Of a stretch of 64,000 nucleotides of DNA, positions 51,362 through 64,000 are shown piece after piece. Made by a program: the position numbers and the translations under genes. The number at the start of each line of letters is the position of its first letter. Position 1 is the stretch's first letter. This DNA is from Octopus sinensis. Its lineage: Eukaryota. The stretch covers positions 197,904,001-197,968,000 of the forward strand of contig NC_042998.1 of the NCBI RefSeq assembly GCF_006345805.1, in the 5' to 3' direction. Below the pieces are notes generated by a model that saw only the letters and a program-made list of their open reading frames with translations, was not told the origin of the DNA and did no database searches.

Positions 51362-54300
51362 CAGTAGTTTTATTTTTATAGCGTGCTTTCACTTCACTAC
51401 CGAGCGCAGCTCTGTGTGCCTTGGGTATGTGCTGTGATTTGTTGTGATGCTCTGATGGTTATTGTATGGAAAGTGTTCTGCGTAGGATGTGTGCAGTGCC
51501 TAGTAGTGCAATTTTCTGTATGTTATATTGTTTGTAGTCCTGATGTTTTTGTTATGTATTTGTCTGAATATTTTTTAATCATGCCTAATGCACCTACTAT
51601 GATAGGAATTGTTTCTGTTTTTCAGGTTCACATTCTAGTTATCTCTATTTCCAGGTCTTTGTATTTTGAGTTTCTCCATTTCTTTTAGAGACACGTTGTC
51701 ATCTGCCGGTATTGATACATCAATTAGAAAGCATTTTTTTTCTTCATGATCTCTGACAACTATATCTGGTCTGTTGGCCTAATTCTCTATCTGTGTGTAT
51801 CGGCATATCCCAGAGTATGGTTGCTTTCTCGTTTTCTGTGACCTTTTCTGGTGTGTGCCTATACCATATTTTTTCTGTTGTTATTCCATAATGTTGGCAT
51901 AGCTTTCAATGTATGTAGGTTCCAACTCTGTCATGTCTGTGAATATATTCCTTCTTAGCAGGACTGGGCAGCTAGAGATAATATGATTTATTGTTTCTTG
52001 TCCATCTCCACATATTCTGCAGTTACTTGTAATATTTCTTTTCATTACATGTTTTTGGTAATTTCTGGTGGGGAGGCTTTGGTCTTGTGCTGCAATTAAA
52101 AATCCCTCTGTTTCTGCTTTGAGTCTGAGCTTCTCAACCATTGCTGGGATTTTTCTTTGTCTATTTCTTTTGCGTTTAGTTTGTGCAGTATTTACCATGA
52201 AGGGGCTTTCTTGCCATCGTTTTATCATGGCTCGTTGCTGTTCTATTTTTAGTTTGGATTTCATTTGTTTTATAGCTTTTGTTGTTTTCTTCATCATCTT
52301 CTTCTTCTTCTTTGTGTTTTTATATGGTATGATTTCTTGTTTGTATTTGTCAGTTTCCTTAAATACTGAGAACAGTTTTTTGTTTTGCTCGTGTTTTGCT
52401 GCTATCTGGATCAGTTTTCCTTCCTTCTGAAGTAGGTATTTTTGCAGTCCTATGGTGGTTATTTTATAGTTGTTTTCCAGCTGTATAAGGCCTCTACCAC
52501 TTTCTATACGTTGTATATATAGTCTTTCTATGTCAGATTTTGGGTGATGCATCCTAGATCCTGTCAGTATTTTTCTTGTTTTCCTATCTATTTTGGACAG
52601 TTCATTTCGTGTCCAGTTAAGGATATTGTAGCTGTAACTTATAACTGGGACAGCTAAAGTGTTGATACTATTATCTTTTTTTAGCATTGAGCTCTGTTTT
52701 TAGTATTGATCTAACTCGTCTATAATATTCTTTTTTTATTTTCTCTTTCATTTGTGTGTGTTGTGTCTTATCTAGTTCATGGATTCCTAAGTATTTGTAA
52801 TTTTGGCTTTGGTCTAATTCTTTTATTCATTGGTTTTATCTAGTGTGATGTTCTTACTCTTAACTAGTTTTCCTCTTTTCATGGTTACTTGGCGCATTTT
52901 TCTAATCCAATTTCATATCTATTTCTTTGGTAAATCCATGAACTGTCTTTAATAGTGTTTCCAGCTGTTTGTCATTTGCAGCGTATAGTTTTAGGTCATC
53001 CATATATAAAGGTGGCTGATCGTTTTGCCGTAACATTTAATCCGCATCCATTTCTATTTAGCATATCAGATAGAGGTGACAGTGCCAAGCAGAAAAGGAG
53101 TGGAGAAGCGTGTCTCCCTGGAATATTCCTCTTCTAATGGGGATGTCTTTGGTTTTCATGAGTCCCTCTTTGTTGGAGATGTAGGACTGTTTGCCATTTA
53201 TTCATAGAGTGCTCTATGAATTTTATGATTGTTGGTACTACTTTGTTAATGGCTAGTGTTTCGAGGATCCATGTGTGGGGGATGCTATCAAACGCCTTTT
53301 TGTAGTCAATCCAGGCCATACTGAGGCCTTTCTTCTTTCTGTGGCTGTCTTCAGTTACGGCTTTATTAATCATTAGTTGATCTTTACAGCCATATGAGCC
53401 CTTGCGGCATCCTTTCTGCTCTTCTGGGAACAGTTTGTTTTCGTCCAGGTGCTTGTTCAGCCTTTGCGGTATCATGCAGTAAATGCCTTGAACATAGTAG
53501 GGAGGCAGGTTATTGGTCTGTAGTTTCTGGTTTTGTTGTTTCATTGATTGGGAATTAAGATGGTTTTCCCCTTCGTGAGCCATTCAGGCATTGTCTCTGG
53601 CTCTGCTAGTATGCTGTTAAAGTTTTCAGCCAGCTTTTTGTGCATTCCTGTTAGATATTTCAACCAGAAGTTGGGGATCTTGTCATGCCCAGGTGCCTTC
53701 CAGTTGCTTAGTTTTTGCAGTGCCTGGGTGACCTCTTCAGTTGTTATGGGGGTCCAAAGTTGTTCAGATGCCGAGTTTGTTATTTTCATACTCCTTTTTT
53801 TTGGCTGTTCGTTCGCCGACCATATTTCTCTCCAGAATTCTTCCAGTTCTTCTGTCGTTGGTGCTGCAGTGACATCAATTTTATTTTTGCCCAGTTCTTG
53901 GTAGAACTTTTTGGGGTCGGAGTTGAACTTTTTGTTCTGTTCAAAGAAGCGTTGGCGTTTCTCGTACCGGCGGATCCTTTGAGCTTTGGCAAGGATATCT
54001 TGCTTCAGCTTTTCTTTTATCTCCGGCAATCTTTTTCTGTGAGTTATATTTGCGAAGCATTTTTGTTCTTTTTGTTGCTTAGTAGCGTTGCTTGTTTGCT
54101 GATTTCATTAAGAATCGACAGTCTTTTCTAATTTTTTAAATTTGTTTTTGGATGTTATTTATCCACAGGGTTTGTTTGGGTGGTGGTACTCTGTTTGGGC
54201 GGGTTTGGGTGAGTATCCAGCTTCTTTTGTGGGCTGCAGTGGCTGCTGCGTATATCAGTCATTTAGTTCAGTGATATCACTTTTTTTTGTTTCAGTGGCT

Positions 54301-55294
54301 AGTTCAGTGACGGCTAGGTTTATGTTGTTTATAATTGGTGTTGTTATTGCGTTCATTTTTATTCTTGGGAGGTATGGTCGGTGGTCCATTTTGGGCTCTG
54401 TGGTTTTCAGTTCTTTGATTATTTATTTTTTATATTATCATAATCATTAGGCTCCCCTCCGTTGTTTATATCGTGTTTGTTGGGAATGTTGCGTTTGTCT
54501 TCGTGTTTTACAGTTTCAGTGTTTATTTTGGGCATTGTTGTGTGGCTTCTATCTACATTTTCCTGGTGTATTTTTTTCTTTTAAATGTTCTATTCTATTT
54601 CTGATATTTTTTTGGCTTTGAGAATGTATCTTCGTACGTTAGCTAATTTATTAGGGTTCATTGCTGTATCCAAGTCTATATCTCTATTATTTTCCTTCCA
54701 TATTTTATATGTATGTGTTGTTGTATTTTCATTTTGTGGGTAGAGCATTGCTGTGAAGTATGCGTGTAAGATAGAAATGTATTCCTCACGTGTCCATTTA
54801 CGTCTTTTGGTTTTAATTGCGGGACATGAGGTACAACGTCCGGCCCATTATTTTGACGGTCGTCATTTTCGTAGGGTACCGGTCCGTTTATTTCTGTTGT
54901 CACATTATTTCGCACGTGTAGTTTTCGTACATTTTTTGTTGTAGGTTTATGTACGTACCGCTCGATTGTTATTCTTGGGTTGAATAGTATCGGTGGCATT
55001 TAATTTTCTTCGTAGTTCCTTTGTACATGGTGTTTGAGGTCGGGGATGATCGTGTTGTTCCACGCATGTTTACATGTGTTGTGTTAGAGGTGGAGATAAT
55101 ATCGAGTCAAAATACATCATTCGTTTCGAAAATAGTAATAATTTCAATTCGTATTACTTACTCGGATAGTCCAATTCTTTGTTAGTAATCTTTGGCTCCA
55201 TAGGGTGTCCTTGTTTTCGATGTTTGGGATAATTTCGGAGCTCTGTATTTTTTCCTTCTTACCATCTTAACGTCCCCGTGTCTCTCCTTAAACC
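51362..55294 (-). mobile_element. Near full-length R4/Dong-clade non-LTR retrotransposon (RT, CCHC, RLE), ORF about 54999-51459
   Basis: YMDD at 53006-52995, RGIFQGD, CRICG..ETINHIISSC, NRPDIVVRD...LIDVS; (TAA)n on both sides. Confidence 0.95.
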
Positions 55295-55387
55295 TTATTA
55301 TTATTCTTTATTATTATTATTATTATTATTATTGTATTATTATTATTATATGATTATATTATATTATTATTATTATTATTATTATTA

Positions 55388-55443
<56 letters not shown>
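55295..55443. repeat. (ATT)n, tail of an older Dong-like copy and target of the full-length one
   Basis: Direct reading; dual role inferred. Confidence 0.9.
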
Positions 55444-55444
55444 T

Positions 55445-55748
55445 ATGGGTTTTTCTTCATTCTTTCAAATTTGCTTCCATTTCTTGCCGAGTGTCTTCCC
55501 GACTGCTAGGGCAAAGAAACTCATAGTATACATTGGTAGGCCATTAAACTAAACTCACTAGTTCGTTCATCTTTTTTTTATAGAAATAAAGTTAAATTAA
55601 ATACATGGGTAGTAATAGTTCTCACATCGACAATGCTCTTCTCAATACGTGTGATGTACCAGTTAAGACAATCTTTTGCACTTCTTGCAGGGATGGTAAG
55701 CCAGGGATCATTCTCATATAATTTTCGGTTCCCTTCTTGATCATTCCA

Positions 55749-55750
<2 letters not shown>
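55445..55750 (-). mobile_element. 5'-truncated 3' end of a different Dong-like subfamily
   Basis: IPGLPSLQEVQKIVLTGTSHVLRRALSM* then 3'UTR and (TAA)n tail. Confidence 0.75.
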
Positions 55751-55785
<35 letters not shown>

Positions 55786-55824
55786 TTATTATTATTATTA
55801 TTATAATCATCATCATTATATATA

Positions 55825-55860
<36 letters not shown>

Positions 55861-56317
55861 TGTATGTATGTATGTATACACACATACACACACATAACAC
55901 ACATATACAGAGAAAGACAAAAAAAGAAAAATACATAAATACATACATATTGTGACTCGAGAAAAGGAAAACACTCTAACACACATGGATGTGTGTAAAT
56001 ATGTGTATATATATATATGTGTGTGTGTGTATGTGTGTACGTGTGCGAATGCTTGTGTGTGTGCGTGTCAGTGTGTGTGTGTGTGTATCTGTATTTGTGT
56101 CAGTGTGTGTGTATGTGTATGTACACATAAGGCGGCCTAGGGCAGAGGAAGTGTATATCTCACCAGGGAATTCTAACTACGCACTCTTCACGTGCCTAGC
56201 GGATTGCGTTACCGATTGAATATAGCTTGTATATATGTGTGCGTGTATGTATGGATGTATGTACGGATATATATATATATGTATGAATATATGCATGTAT
56301 GCATGTATGTATGTATG

Positions 56318-56349
<32 letters not shown>

Positions 56350-56434
56350 CATGGATGGATGGATGGATGGATGTATAAATATATGTCTGTGTATATATGC
56401 ATATATTTATATATATATGTTCCACTTTGGCGTT

Positions 56435-56479
<45 letters not shown>

Positions 56480-57079
56480 GGTACAAGACACAAACACTCA
56501 CGCATGTATGTATGTATGTATGGCATGTATATATAATACATACATACGTGTATATATATATATATATATACATATATATATACATATAAATATATACCTA
56601 TATATATATTATATATATATATATTAGATATATATAATATATATACATACATATATATATACATACATATATAATACATATATATTATATATCATCATAC
56701 ATATATACTGGCTTCTATAATGCATATGCAGATGTATATATACGCTCGCAAACACAGTCACACACATGATATACATGTGTGCGTGTCTGTGAGTGTGTGT
56801 GGCTATTGTGTGTCTATGCTTGTGTAAGTCGTGTATTTGTGATTGTGGCATAGTGAGAGTTTAAGATGTATTTACCAGTTTGGTAAATATTGACACGACT
56901 GAACAGAATGCAAGAAACAAACCCAGTCTTCGGGGAAGAAATGTGTATTTTCATGATGTAGGTGTCACTTGACTTAATGAAATTTTAACATGTTCTAGGT
57001 TCTGTTCTTCTTCTTCTTCTTCTTCGCCTCCTCCTCCTCCTCCTCCTCCCCTTCTTCTCTTCTTCTCCTCCTCCCCCTT

Positions 57080-57110
<31 letters not shown>

Positions 57111-57294
57111 GTAGTGCCTTCTCTCCATCACTCTGACTGCTTCACCATCCTCATCATCATCATCATCATCATCACCACCACCATCATTTCAATCTGAACA
57201 TCATTTCTTTCACATTTCCATTGTTTATTCATTAGATTTTATTTCTTTCTCCATTTTATCTTTCCATTTCTTTCTCTCTCTTTCTCTCTCTCCC

Positions 57295-57483
<189 letters not shown>

Positions 57484-57842
57484 GGCAGAGAAACCTAGAA
57501 AAAAAGTTACCTAATTCAAACGGTTCGGCTTCCAATTTACATTTACAATAAACATGAATCTAAAAATAGTGAACTCTGTAGTTGTAACAGTGAATCAACA
57601 TTCTGACAGACATTATCCCTATCATTGGTCGAACCAAGAAGTAACTTGCGGGAATAAAGTTCCCAGTCATTTACCCACCCACCACCCGCAGTATTTATGC
57701 ACAACGCAACGTCGATTATATCAGCAAGTGTATTCCCATTCTATCTCCAGAAAAGAATATCTTCAACAACACTGACCTGTTCTACAACAATATATCAAGG
57801 CAATGTGACTTCCATGAGAAAAATATTGTAGATACAACCTAT

Positions 57843-58260
57843 AGGCGCAGGAGTGGCTGTGTGGTAAGTAGCTTGCAAACCAACCACATGGTCCTGGGTT
57901 CAATCCCACTGCGTGGCACCTTGGGCAAGTGTCTTCTGCTATAGCCCCGGGCCGACCAATGCCTTGTGAGTGGATTTGGTTGACGGAAACTGAAAGAAGC
58001 CTGTCGTATATATGTATATATATATATTTTGGTTGTGTGGTATATGTTTGTGTGTCTGTGTTTGTCCCCCTAGCATTGCTTGACAACCGATGCTGGTGTG
58101 TGTTTACGTCCCCGTCACTTAGCGGTTCGGCAAAAGAGACCGATAGAATAAGTACTGGGCTTACAAAGAATAAGTCCCGGGGTCGATTTGCTCGACTAAA
58201 GGCGGTGCTCCAGCATGGCCGCAGTCAAATGACTGAAACAAGTAAAAGAGTAAAAGAGTA
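57843..58260 (+). mobile_element. SINE family A
   Basis: Full-length match. Confidence 0.92.
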
Positions 58261-58721
58261 TCAGGTTTAGGAGATATTTTAACAGGAAACTGATAAAGTT
58301 TCATCAAATATTTTGTATGAACCTCATGAAAATCCATGCTTTTTAATCTTGTTAAGTAACCACTCGCAACAACTCAAAGATATTATAACGTTTTCAAAAA
58401 GGTCCCTCTTAAAGTAAGCTATGCTTTTTTAGGTAACAAAGTGTCCAAAATATTCATCTAGAACAATCTAGCTAGAAACCTTACACAATGATACGAGCTC
58501 GGACGCACTTATAGAAATAATGTCCAGTCATCTCAGACCGGATGCAATTACAGAAATATCCTTTGAATAATAGAAACTCCGAGAAAGAGCTGGTTTATGG
58601 AACAGATGCTTTAGACGATGACGGGATGGAAAATATACATATTGGCCTTACCGAAAGGCTCCACTACGTTGTCGAGGTGGTCTCAGAAGCATCGAGTACT
58701 AAAAAAATATATGGAGTATAC

Positions 58722-58964
58722 TCTTTTTTTCTTTTTTACTCTTTTTACTCTTTTTACTTGTTTCAGTCATTTGACTGCGGCCATGCTGGAGCACCGCCTT
58801 TAGTCGAGCAAATCGACCCCGGGCTTATTCTTTGTAAGCCCAGTACTTATCTATCGGTCTCTTTTGCCGAACCGCTAAGTGACGGGGACGTAAACACACC
58901 AGCATCGGTTGTCAGCAATGCTAGGGGACAAACACAGACACACAAACTATTCACACACACTTAT

Positions 58965-59009
<45 letters not shown>

Positions 59010-59177
59010 ATATACGACAGGCTTCTTTCAGTTTCCGTCTACCAAATCCACTCACAAGGTATTGGTCGGCCGGCCCGGGCTATAGCAGAAGACACGTGCC
59101 CAAGAAGCCACGCAGTGGGACTGAACCCGGAACCATATGGTTGGTTAGCAAGCTACTTACCAAACAGCCACTCCTGC
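58722..59177 (-). mobile_element. SINE family A
   Basis: Full-length match. Confidence 0.92.
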
Positions 59178-59685
59178 AGCTGTAAAAGTAAAAAAATACA
59201 AAGTCCATCTGACTTTTGAAATATTAAATGATAGAAAAACGTACAATCAAGTAGAGCATTCTATATAGTAAAGGTAAGGAAATACAGCAGCTGGGTCAGA
59301 AAGTGCAGTCGATGTGCAATTGAAAAAGCTGAGCACTCCGCCGGCTGCATCCTAAACTGAAGAGAGAGACCTCTTCTAGTCAGTGCACAAAAAAATTTAA
59401 GCTACATTCCTTTAAGCATGTTTCTGTGTCGGATCTATTTCAGCTGTAAACAGTTTCGTTATCTTCATAACCAATCTACCGACCCAGTTCGATAGCCAGG
59501 AAACTTGTCATTCATTCGTTCAAGTGCTCGCAGCATATCCTCTTCGATTCTCACTTCCTGCTGCACTTTCCAGACTGATGCAAACTTCAAATGATGCAAA
59601 GTAAGAATGTGTATGACGGCTTATGTATGTCTTGTGAGCGTGTGTGTGTGTGCTTTATGAATGAAGACGTGAATGTGTACGACTG

Positions 59686-59785
59686 NNNNNNNNNNNNNNN
59701 NNNNNNNNNNNNNNNNNNNNNNNNNNNNNNNNNNNNNNNNNNNNNNNNNNNNNNNNNNNNNNNNNNNNNNNNNNNNNNNNNNNNN
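59686..59785. other. Scaffold gap (100 N)
   Basis: Direct reading. Confidence 1.
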
Positions 59786-59978
59786 AATTTCTACTCTTCT
59801 CTCCTGGAAGCCATCTACTCGCAATACCAGAGGGCACACACTCTCCTACCCTGATGTAATCTCCAGGGATACAGGCATCCAGCAACAGGACCTCCATAAT
59901 GCTATGATGGACCGTGAAGTCTGGCGTAACATGGTAAATTCCATTGCCTCGACCACGGTCGAACAATGATGATGATGA
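59786..59978 (+). mobile_element. RTE-clade LINE 3' end with (GAT)n tail
   Basis: LLSWKP...YPDVISRDTG...LHNAMMDREVWR then tgatgatgatga. Confidence 0.8.
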
Positions 59979-60668
59979 GAGTTTATATACAGAACATTCT
60001 GTTCAGCATCTCAATGACCCCTACTGATGTAGCCCCTACAACAGCAGCACCTCTAAAGTGGATTAGGATTAGGGGTAGCGTTGCGCTGCTCATTTGGTGT
60101 CACTGAATCAGCAAAAAAAAAATCAATCTGACATTAGTTGTTTGGCACCAAAATTTTTTAGTGCCAAGAAAATTTAGTTTTCATTCTACTTACCAACTAC
60201 CATTCTGAGGAATATGTAGCTCATAACAACCAAACTAATAACGGTCAAGACCATTGCAAAGGTTGCAAGACGCAACGAAAATTTTAGGAAAATAAAAGTA
60301 AAGAAATAAGTGGAAATTTTACCGGTGTGTGTGTTAAATAATAAGACACCAAGAAGAAAATGACCCTCCCCAGACACAACTGAATAAAGATAGATTTTTC
60401 CAAAATCAGAATAGTTTTTTTTTCTTGTTATTTGTGGGGGGGGAAGGGTTGTGTCATACGAAGGGAGATAACTCCATTTTAACACAACGAATGATATTAG
60501 TTTTCTCTCTCTCTCTCTCTCCCTCTCCCTCTCTCTCTCTCCTCTCTCTCTGTCTTTATTTGTGTGCATATATTTTTTTGTGTTATGTGGAGACAGATGT
60601 TTTTGTGCTTGTGTCTATCGGGTAAATTTTTCAATCCATTTAAGAGTTTTCCTCTTCCCATTTGCTTC

Positions 60669-62180
60669 TATAATAATAACAATAATAATGAAATTATTGT
60701 ATACAGTGCTCAGGTGCACCACAACTTGTCAAAAGTGCATATAAAGCATGTGCAGTAATGTAAAAATGTCTGGGAAGCGAACAATGTATGAGTCAGATAC
60801 ATGCTTGCGTGTGTATGGAGGGGAGAGAAAATCAGGTGTAGTGTTGGCGAATCTCAGGAAGCATGGAAGTTTTGAAGGATGCAGTGCTCCGACAACTAAC
60901 AACTGATGCCAGCAGTTTGTTCCATGCTTCCGTGTCTATGGAGGGGAGAAAATCAGGCGTAGTGTTGGCGAATCTCAGAAAGCATGGAATTTTGAAGGAT
61001 GCAGTGCTCCGACAACTAACAACTGATGCCAGCAGTTTGGTTCCATGCTTCAGCGTGTCTATGGAGGGAGAAAATCAGGTGTAGTGTTGGCGAATCTCAG
61101 AAAGCATGGAAGTTTTGAAGGATGCAGTGCTCCGACAACTAACAACTGATGCCAGCAGTTTGTTCCATGCTTCAGCGTGTCTATGGAGGGGAGAAAATCA
61201 GGCGTAGTGTTGGCGAATCTCAGAAAGCATGGAAGTTTTGAAGGATGCAGTGCTCCGACAACTAACAACTGATGCCAGCAGTTTGTTCCATGCTTCAGCG
61301 TGTCTATGGAGGGGAGAAAATCAGGTGTAGTGTTGGCGAATCTCAGAAAGCATGGAAGTTTTGAAGGATGCAGTGCTCCGACAACTAACAACCGATGCTG
61401 GCAGTTTGTTCCATGCTTCAGCAACTCTTAGCGTGAAAAAATGTTTCCAAAAGTCATGGGAGCTGTGCTGTTTTCTGACTTTGTAAACATGTCCACAGGT
61501 GTTATAATAACAATAATAATGAAATTATTGTATACAGTGCTCAGGTGCACCACAATTTGTCAGAAAGTGCATATAAAGTACATGCTGTATTGTAAAAATG
61601 TCTGGAAAGCGAACAATGTATGAGTCAGATACATGCTTGTGTGTGTATGGAGGGGAGAAAATCAGGTGTAGTGTTTGCCAATCTCAGGAAGCATGGAAGT
61701 TGAAGGATGCAGTGCTCCGACAACTAACAACCGATGCTGGCAGTTTTGTCCCATGCTTCATCAACTCTTAGCGTGAAAAATGTTTCCAAAAGTCTGGGAG
61801 CTGTGCTGTTTTCTGACTTTGTAAACATGTCCACAGGTGTTATAATAACAATAATAATGAAATTATTGTATACAGTGCACAGGTGCACCACAACTTGTCA
61901 AAAGTGCATATAAAGCATATGCAGTATTGTAAAAATGTCTGGAAAGTGAACAATGTATGAGTCAGATACATGTTTGTGTGTGTATGGAGGGAAGAAAATC
62001 AGGTGTAGTGTTGGCGAATCTCAGGAAGTATAGAAGTTTTGAAGGATTCAGTGCTCCGACAACTAACAACTGATGCGGGCAGTTTGTTCCATGCTTCAGC
62101 AACTCTTAGCTTGAAAAAATGTTTCCGAAAGTCATGGGAGCTGTGCTGTTTTCTGACTTTGTAAACATGTCCACGGGTGT
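60669..62180. repeat. Higher-order tandem array from the LINE 3' end (3 x about 340 bp; first unit holds 5 x 121-123 bp)
   Basis: gtagtgttgg anchors at 60838, 60959, 61081, 61204 and 61327; tail blocks at about 60669, 61502 and 61840. Confidence 0.93.
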
Positions 62181-62640
62181 TAGACAGGTGGAGTTTGAAA
62201 AGGTGCTCAGAGTTATTGTTTGTAAGATGGCTAATAATTTTATGGGTGTCTGCCAAGTCAGCTGCCAGACGTCGGAGTTCCAATGTATCCATGCCCAGGG
62301 AAGTAAGGCGTTCAGAATATGGCAAATGCCTGATGGAGGGTATTCTTTTGGTTGCACGTCACTGAACAGCTTCCAGACGATTGATATCCTGGGCAAGATA
62401 GGGGTTCCAGACTGGTGATGCAAATTCCAGGTGAGGTCTTACCATAGCTATATAAAGCCACAGATAGATAGCCGGAGAGCGACTCACAAAGGATTTGGTG
62501 AGTGATGCCAAGACACCCTCAGCCTTCTTGACAATTTTATCAATGTGTTTTATCCAACGCAAATCACTGTCGACAATAACACCCAGGTCACGTTCACTAT
62601 CTCTCTTTCTTTTTTCCAAGTGTAGTCTTTTAATGTTTCC
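60669..62640 (-). mobile_element. CR1/L2-group LINE 3' fragment with amplified 3' end
   Basis: ERDLGVIVDSDL, VRPHLEFASPVWNP, LELRRL, TRGHVYK...RVAEAWNKLP. Confidence 0.92.
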
Positions 62641-62845
62641 ATGTGTGTGTGTGTGTTGTGTGTGTGTGTGTGTATGTGTGTGTCTGCCTTCAGTGCAAAC
62701 TGTATATAATTAAAAGCATCATCACCAAAACAGTTCAGCACCCAAACAGCTGTGCCCAGTTGTTCCATTCCACAGTGAAACCACAGCAAGTCAACAACAC
62801 TAACAAAAATAAAACTAAACTACACATAACATAGGCGCACAACAT

Positions 62846-63243
62846 AGGTGTAGGAGTGGCTGTGTGGTAAGTAGCTTGCTTACCAGCCACATGGTTTCGA
62901 GTTCATTCCCACTATGTGGCACCATGGGCAAGTGTCTTCTACTATAGCCTCGGGCCGATCAAAGCCTTACAAGTAGATTTGTTAGACGGAAACTGAAAGA
63001 AGCCTGTCGTATATATGTATATATATATGAGTGTGTGTGTTTGTGTGTCTGTGTTTGTCCCCCCAACATTGCTTGACCACTGATGGTGGTGTGTTTACGT
63101 CCCTGTAACTTAGCGGTTCAGCAAAAGAGATTGATAGAATAAGTACTAGGCTTACAAAGAATAAATCCTGAGGTTGATTTACTCGACTAAAGGTGGTGCT
63201 CCAGCATGGCCACAATCAAATGACTGAAACAAGTAAAAGAGTA
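62846..63243 (+). mobile_element. SINE family A, diverged
   Basis: Full-length match with more substitutions. Confidence 0.88.
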
Positions 63244-63699
63244 ACATGATACCTAATATTCTGCTGTTGATTTTCCCTAAGAGATATCATAATTACAACA
63301 TCATATATCAAATTTAGAGATATCAAGAGAATTTTTCCCCTGCCTACATTTAGATCAATTCACTTCACTGATGAAAAATTTATCCTGTATACTTGATATT
63401 TTTGGTGTTTAGGAGATGACAAACAAAGCTTCTTATGCCAGTTTTTCCATAATCTGAATTGAAATAAACTAAGTGGTTCTGTTAAAAGGTAAAAAAATAT
63501 GGAAATTTCTACTGAAGCCAGAAAAGAGAAAGAAAAAATGGCAAACCATTTTTATATAAATAAGTTCTAAGTAAGACAACCTTGTACCATGGAATATTAA
63601 TGAGAGAGTTTAAGTCTTAATATTTGTTTCAAATTTTGGCACAAGGCTAGTAATTTATCACCTGTTCTATTATTATTGATCTTGACTCAGGATTGGTCT

Positions 63700-63960
63700 T
63701 ATTCCTGGTAAAATTTATGTGGGTCGTGGGTTACTACTTGTAATCTTAGATATCCACAAACTTTCAATAATCTTTCAAATGCTCAAAACCCCTCTGAAAA
63801 TCTTTCCTGTTCCAAAGAGGCAAGCTTCCTGCAGAAGTTCTACAGGAAATTCCATTCCAATCTCTCAACTATTAGTCTATAACATTCCTCACAGTCCCTA
63901 ATGCACCATTTGATACAGTATGATATTCCAAATTCTTGGATTGTTGTTTTTGTTTTTTTA
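63700..63960 (-). mobile_element. R4/Dong-like RLE C-terminal remnant
   Basis: GALGTV and ELLQEACLFGTGKIFRGVLSI* motifs. Confidence 0.6.
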
Positions 63961-64000
63961 ATTTTTCATTCTCTTACTTCATAATCCTGGAATCAATTAG

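Larger units (their letters stand above)
57490..59600 (+). mobile_element. Penelope-like (Neptune-type) RT C-terminus/GIY-YIG remnant, split by two SINE A copies
   Basis: NLKIVNSVVVT..., SKCIPILSPEKNIFNN..FYNN, KVSYA, HIGLTE and RKCSRCAIEK motifs in the expected order. Confidence 0.7.

Noticed and set aside
58542-59219. 225-aa ORF
   Set aside because: Read-through from the PLE remnant into an antisense SINE A and (TA)n
59480-59580. Minus-strand exon-like WKVQQEVRIEEDMLRALERMNDKFPG
   Set aside because: Weak donor, and it lies antisense to the PLE remnant 3' region
60838-61424. CRISPR-like array or repeat-protein gene (ORF 61059-61424)
   Set aside because: No unique spacers; units are LINE 3'-end copies and the ORF is an off-frame product of the 123-bp period

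Overview
AT-rich, repeat-saturated eukaryotic DNA with one 100-N scaffold gap. The SINE families, microsatellite load and LINE/PLE content look like a coleoid cephalopod (Octopus-like) genome; this is an inference, not a database result. Most ORFs in the track are microsatellite or antisense artefacts. Supported content: three tRNA-derived SINE families (about 20 copies, many with TSDs); mariner DD34D and DD37D, Tigger, Chapaev3-like and Merlin-like DNA elements; Helitron/HINE-like non-autonomous elements; L1/Tx1 ORF1 and RT fragments; a near full-length R4/Dong LINE whose inspected frameshifts are homopolymer contractions, plus three older Dong-like fragments; a CR1-group LINE whose 3' end is tandemly amplified; an RTE 3' end; and Penelope-like (PLE) remnants. 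The best host-gene candidate is a small two-exon minus-strand ORF at about 26.0-26.9 kb. Most interesting are several minimal type I hammerhead ribozyme motifs in PLE-type tails next to (TA)n: one canonical, one with a G3:C8 core swap and two with U4C. They co-occur with long fold-back palindromes.
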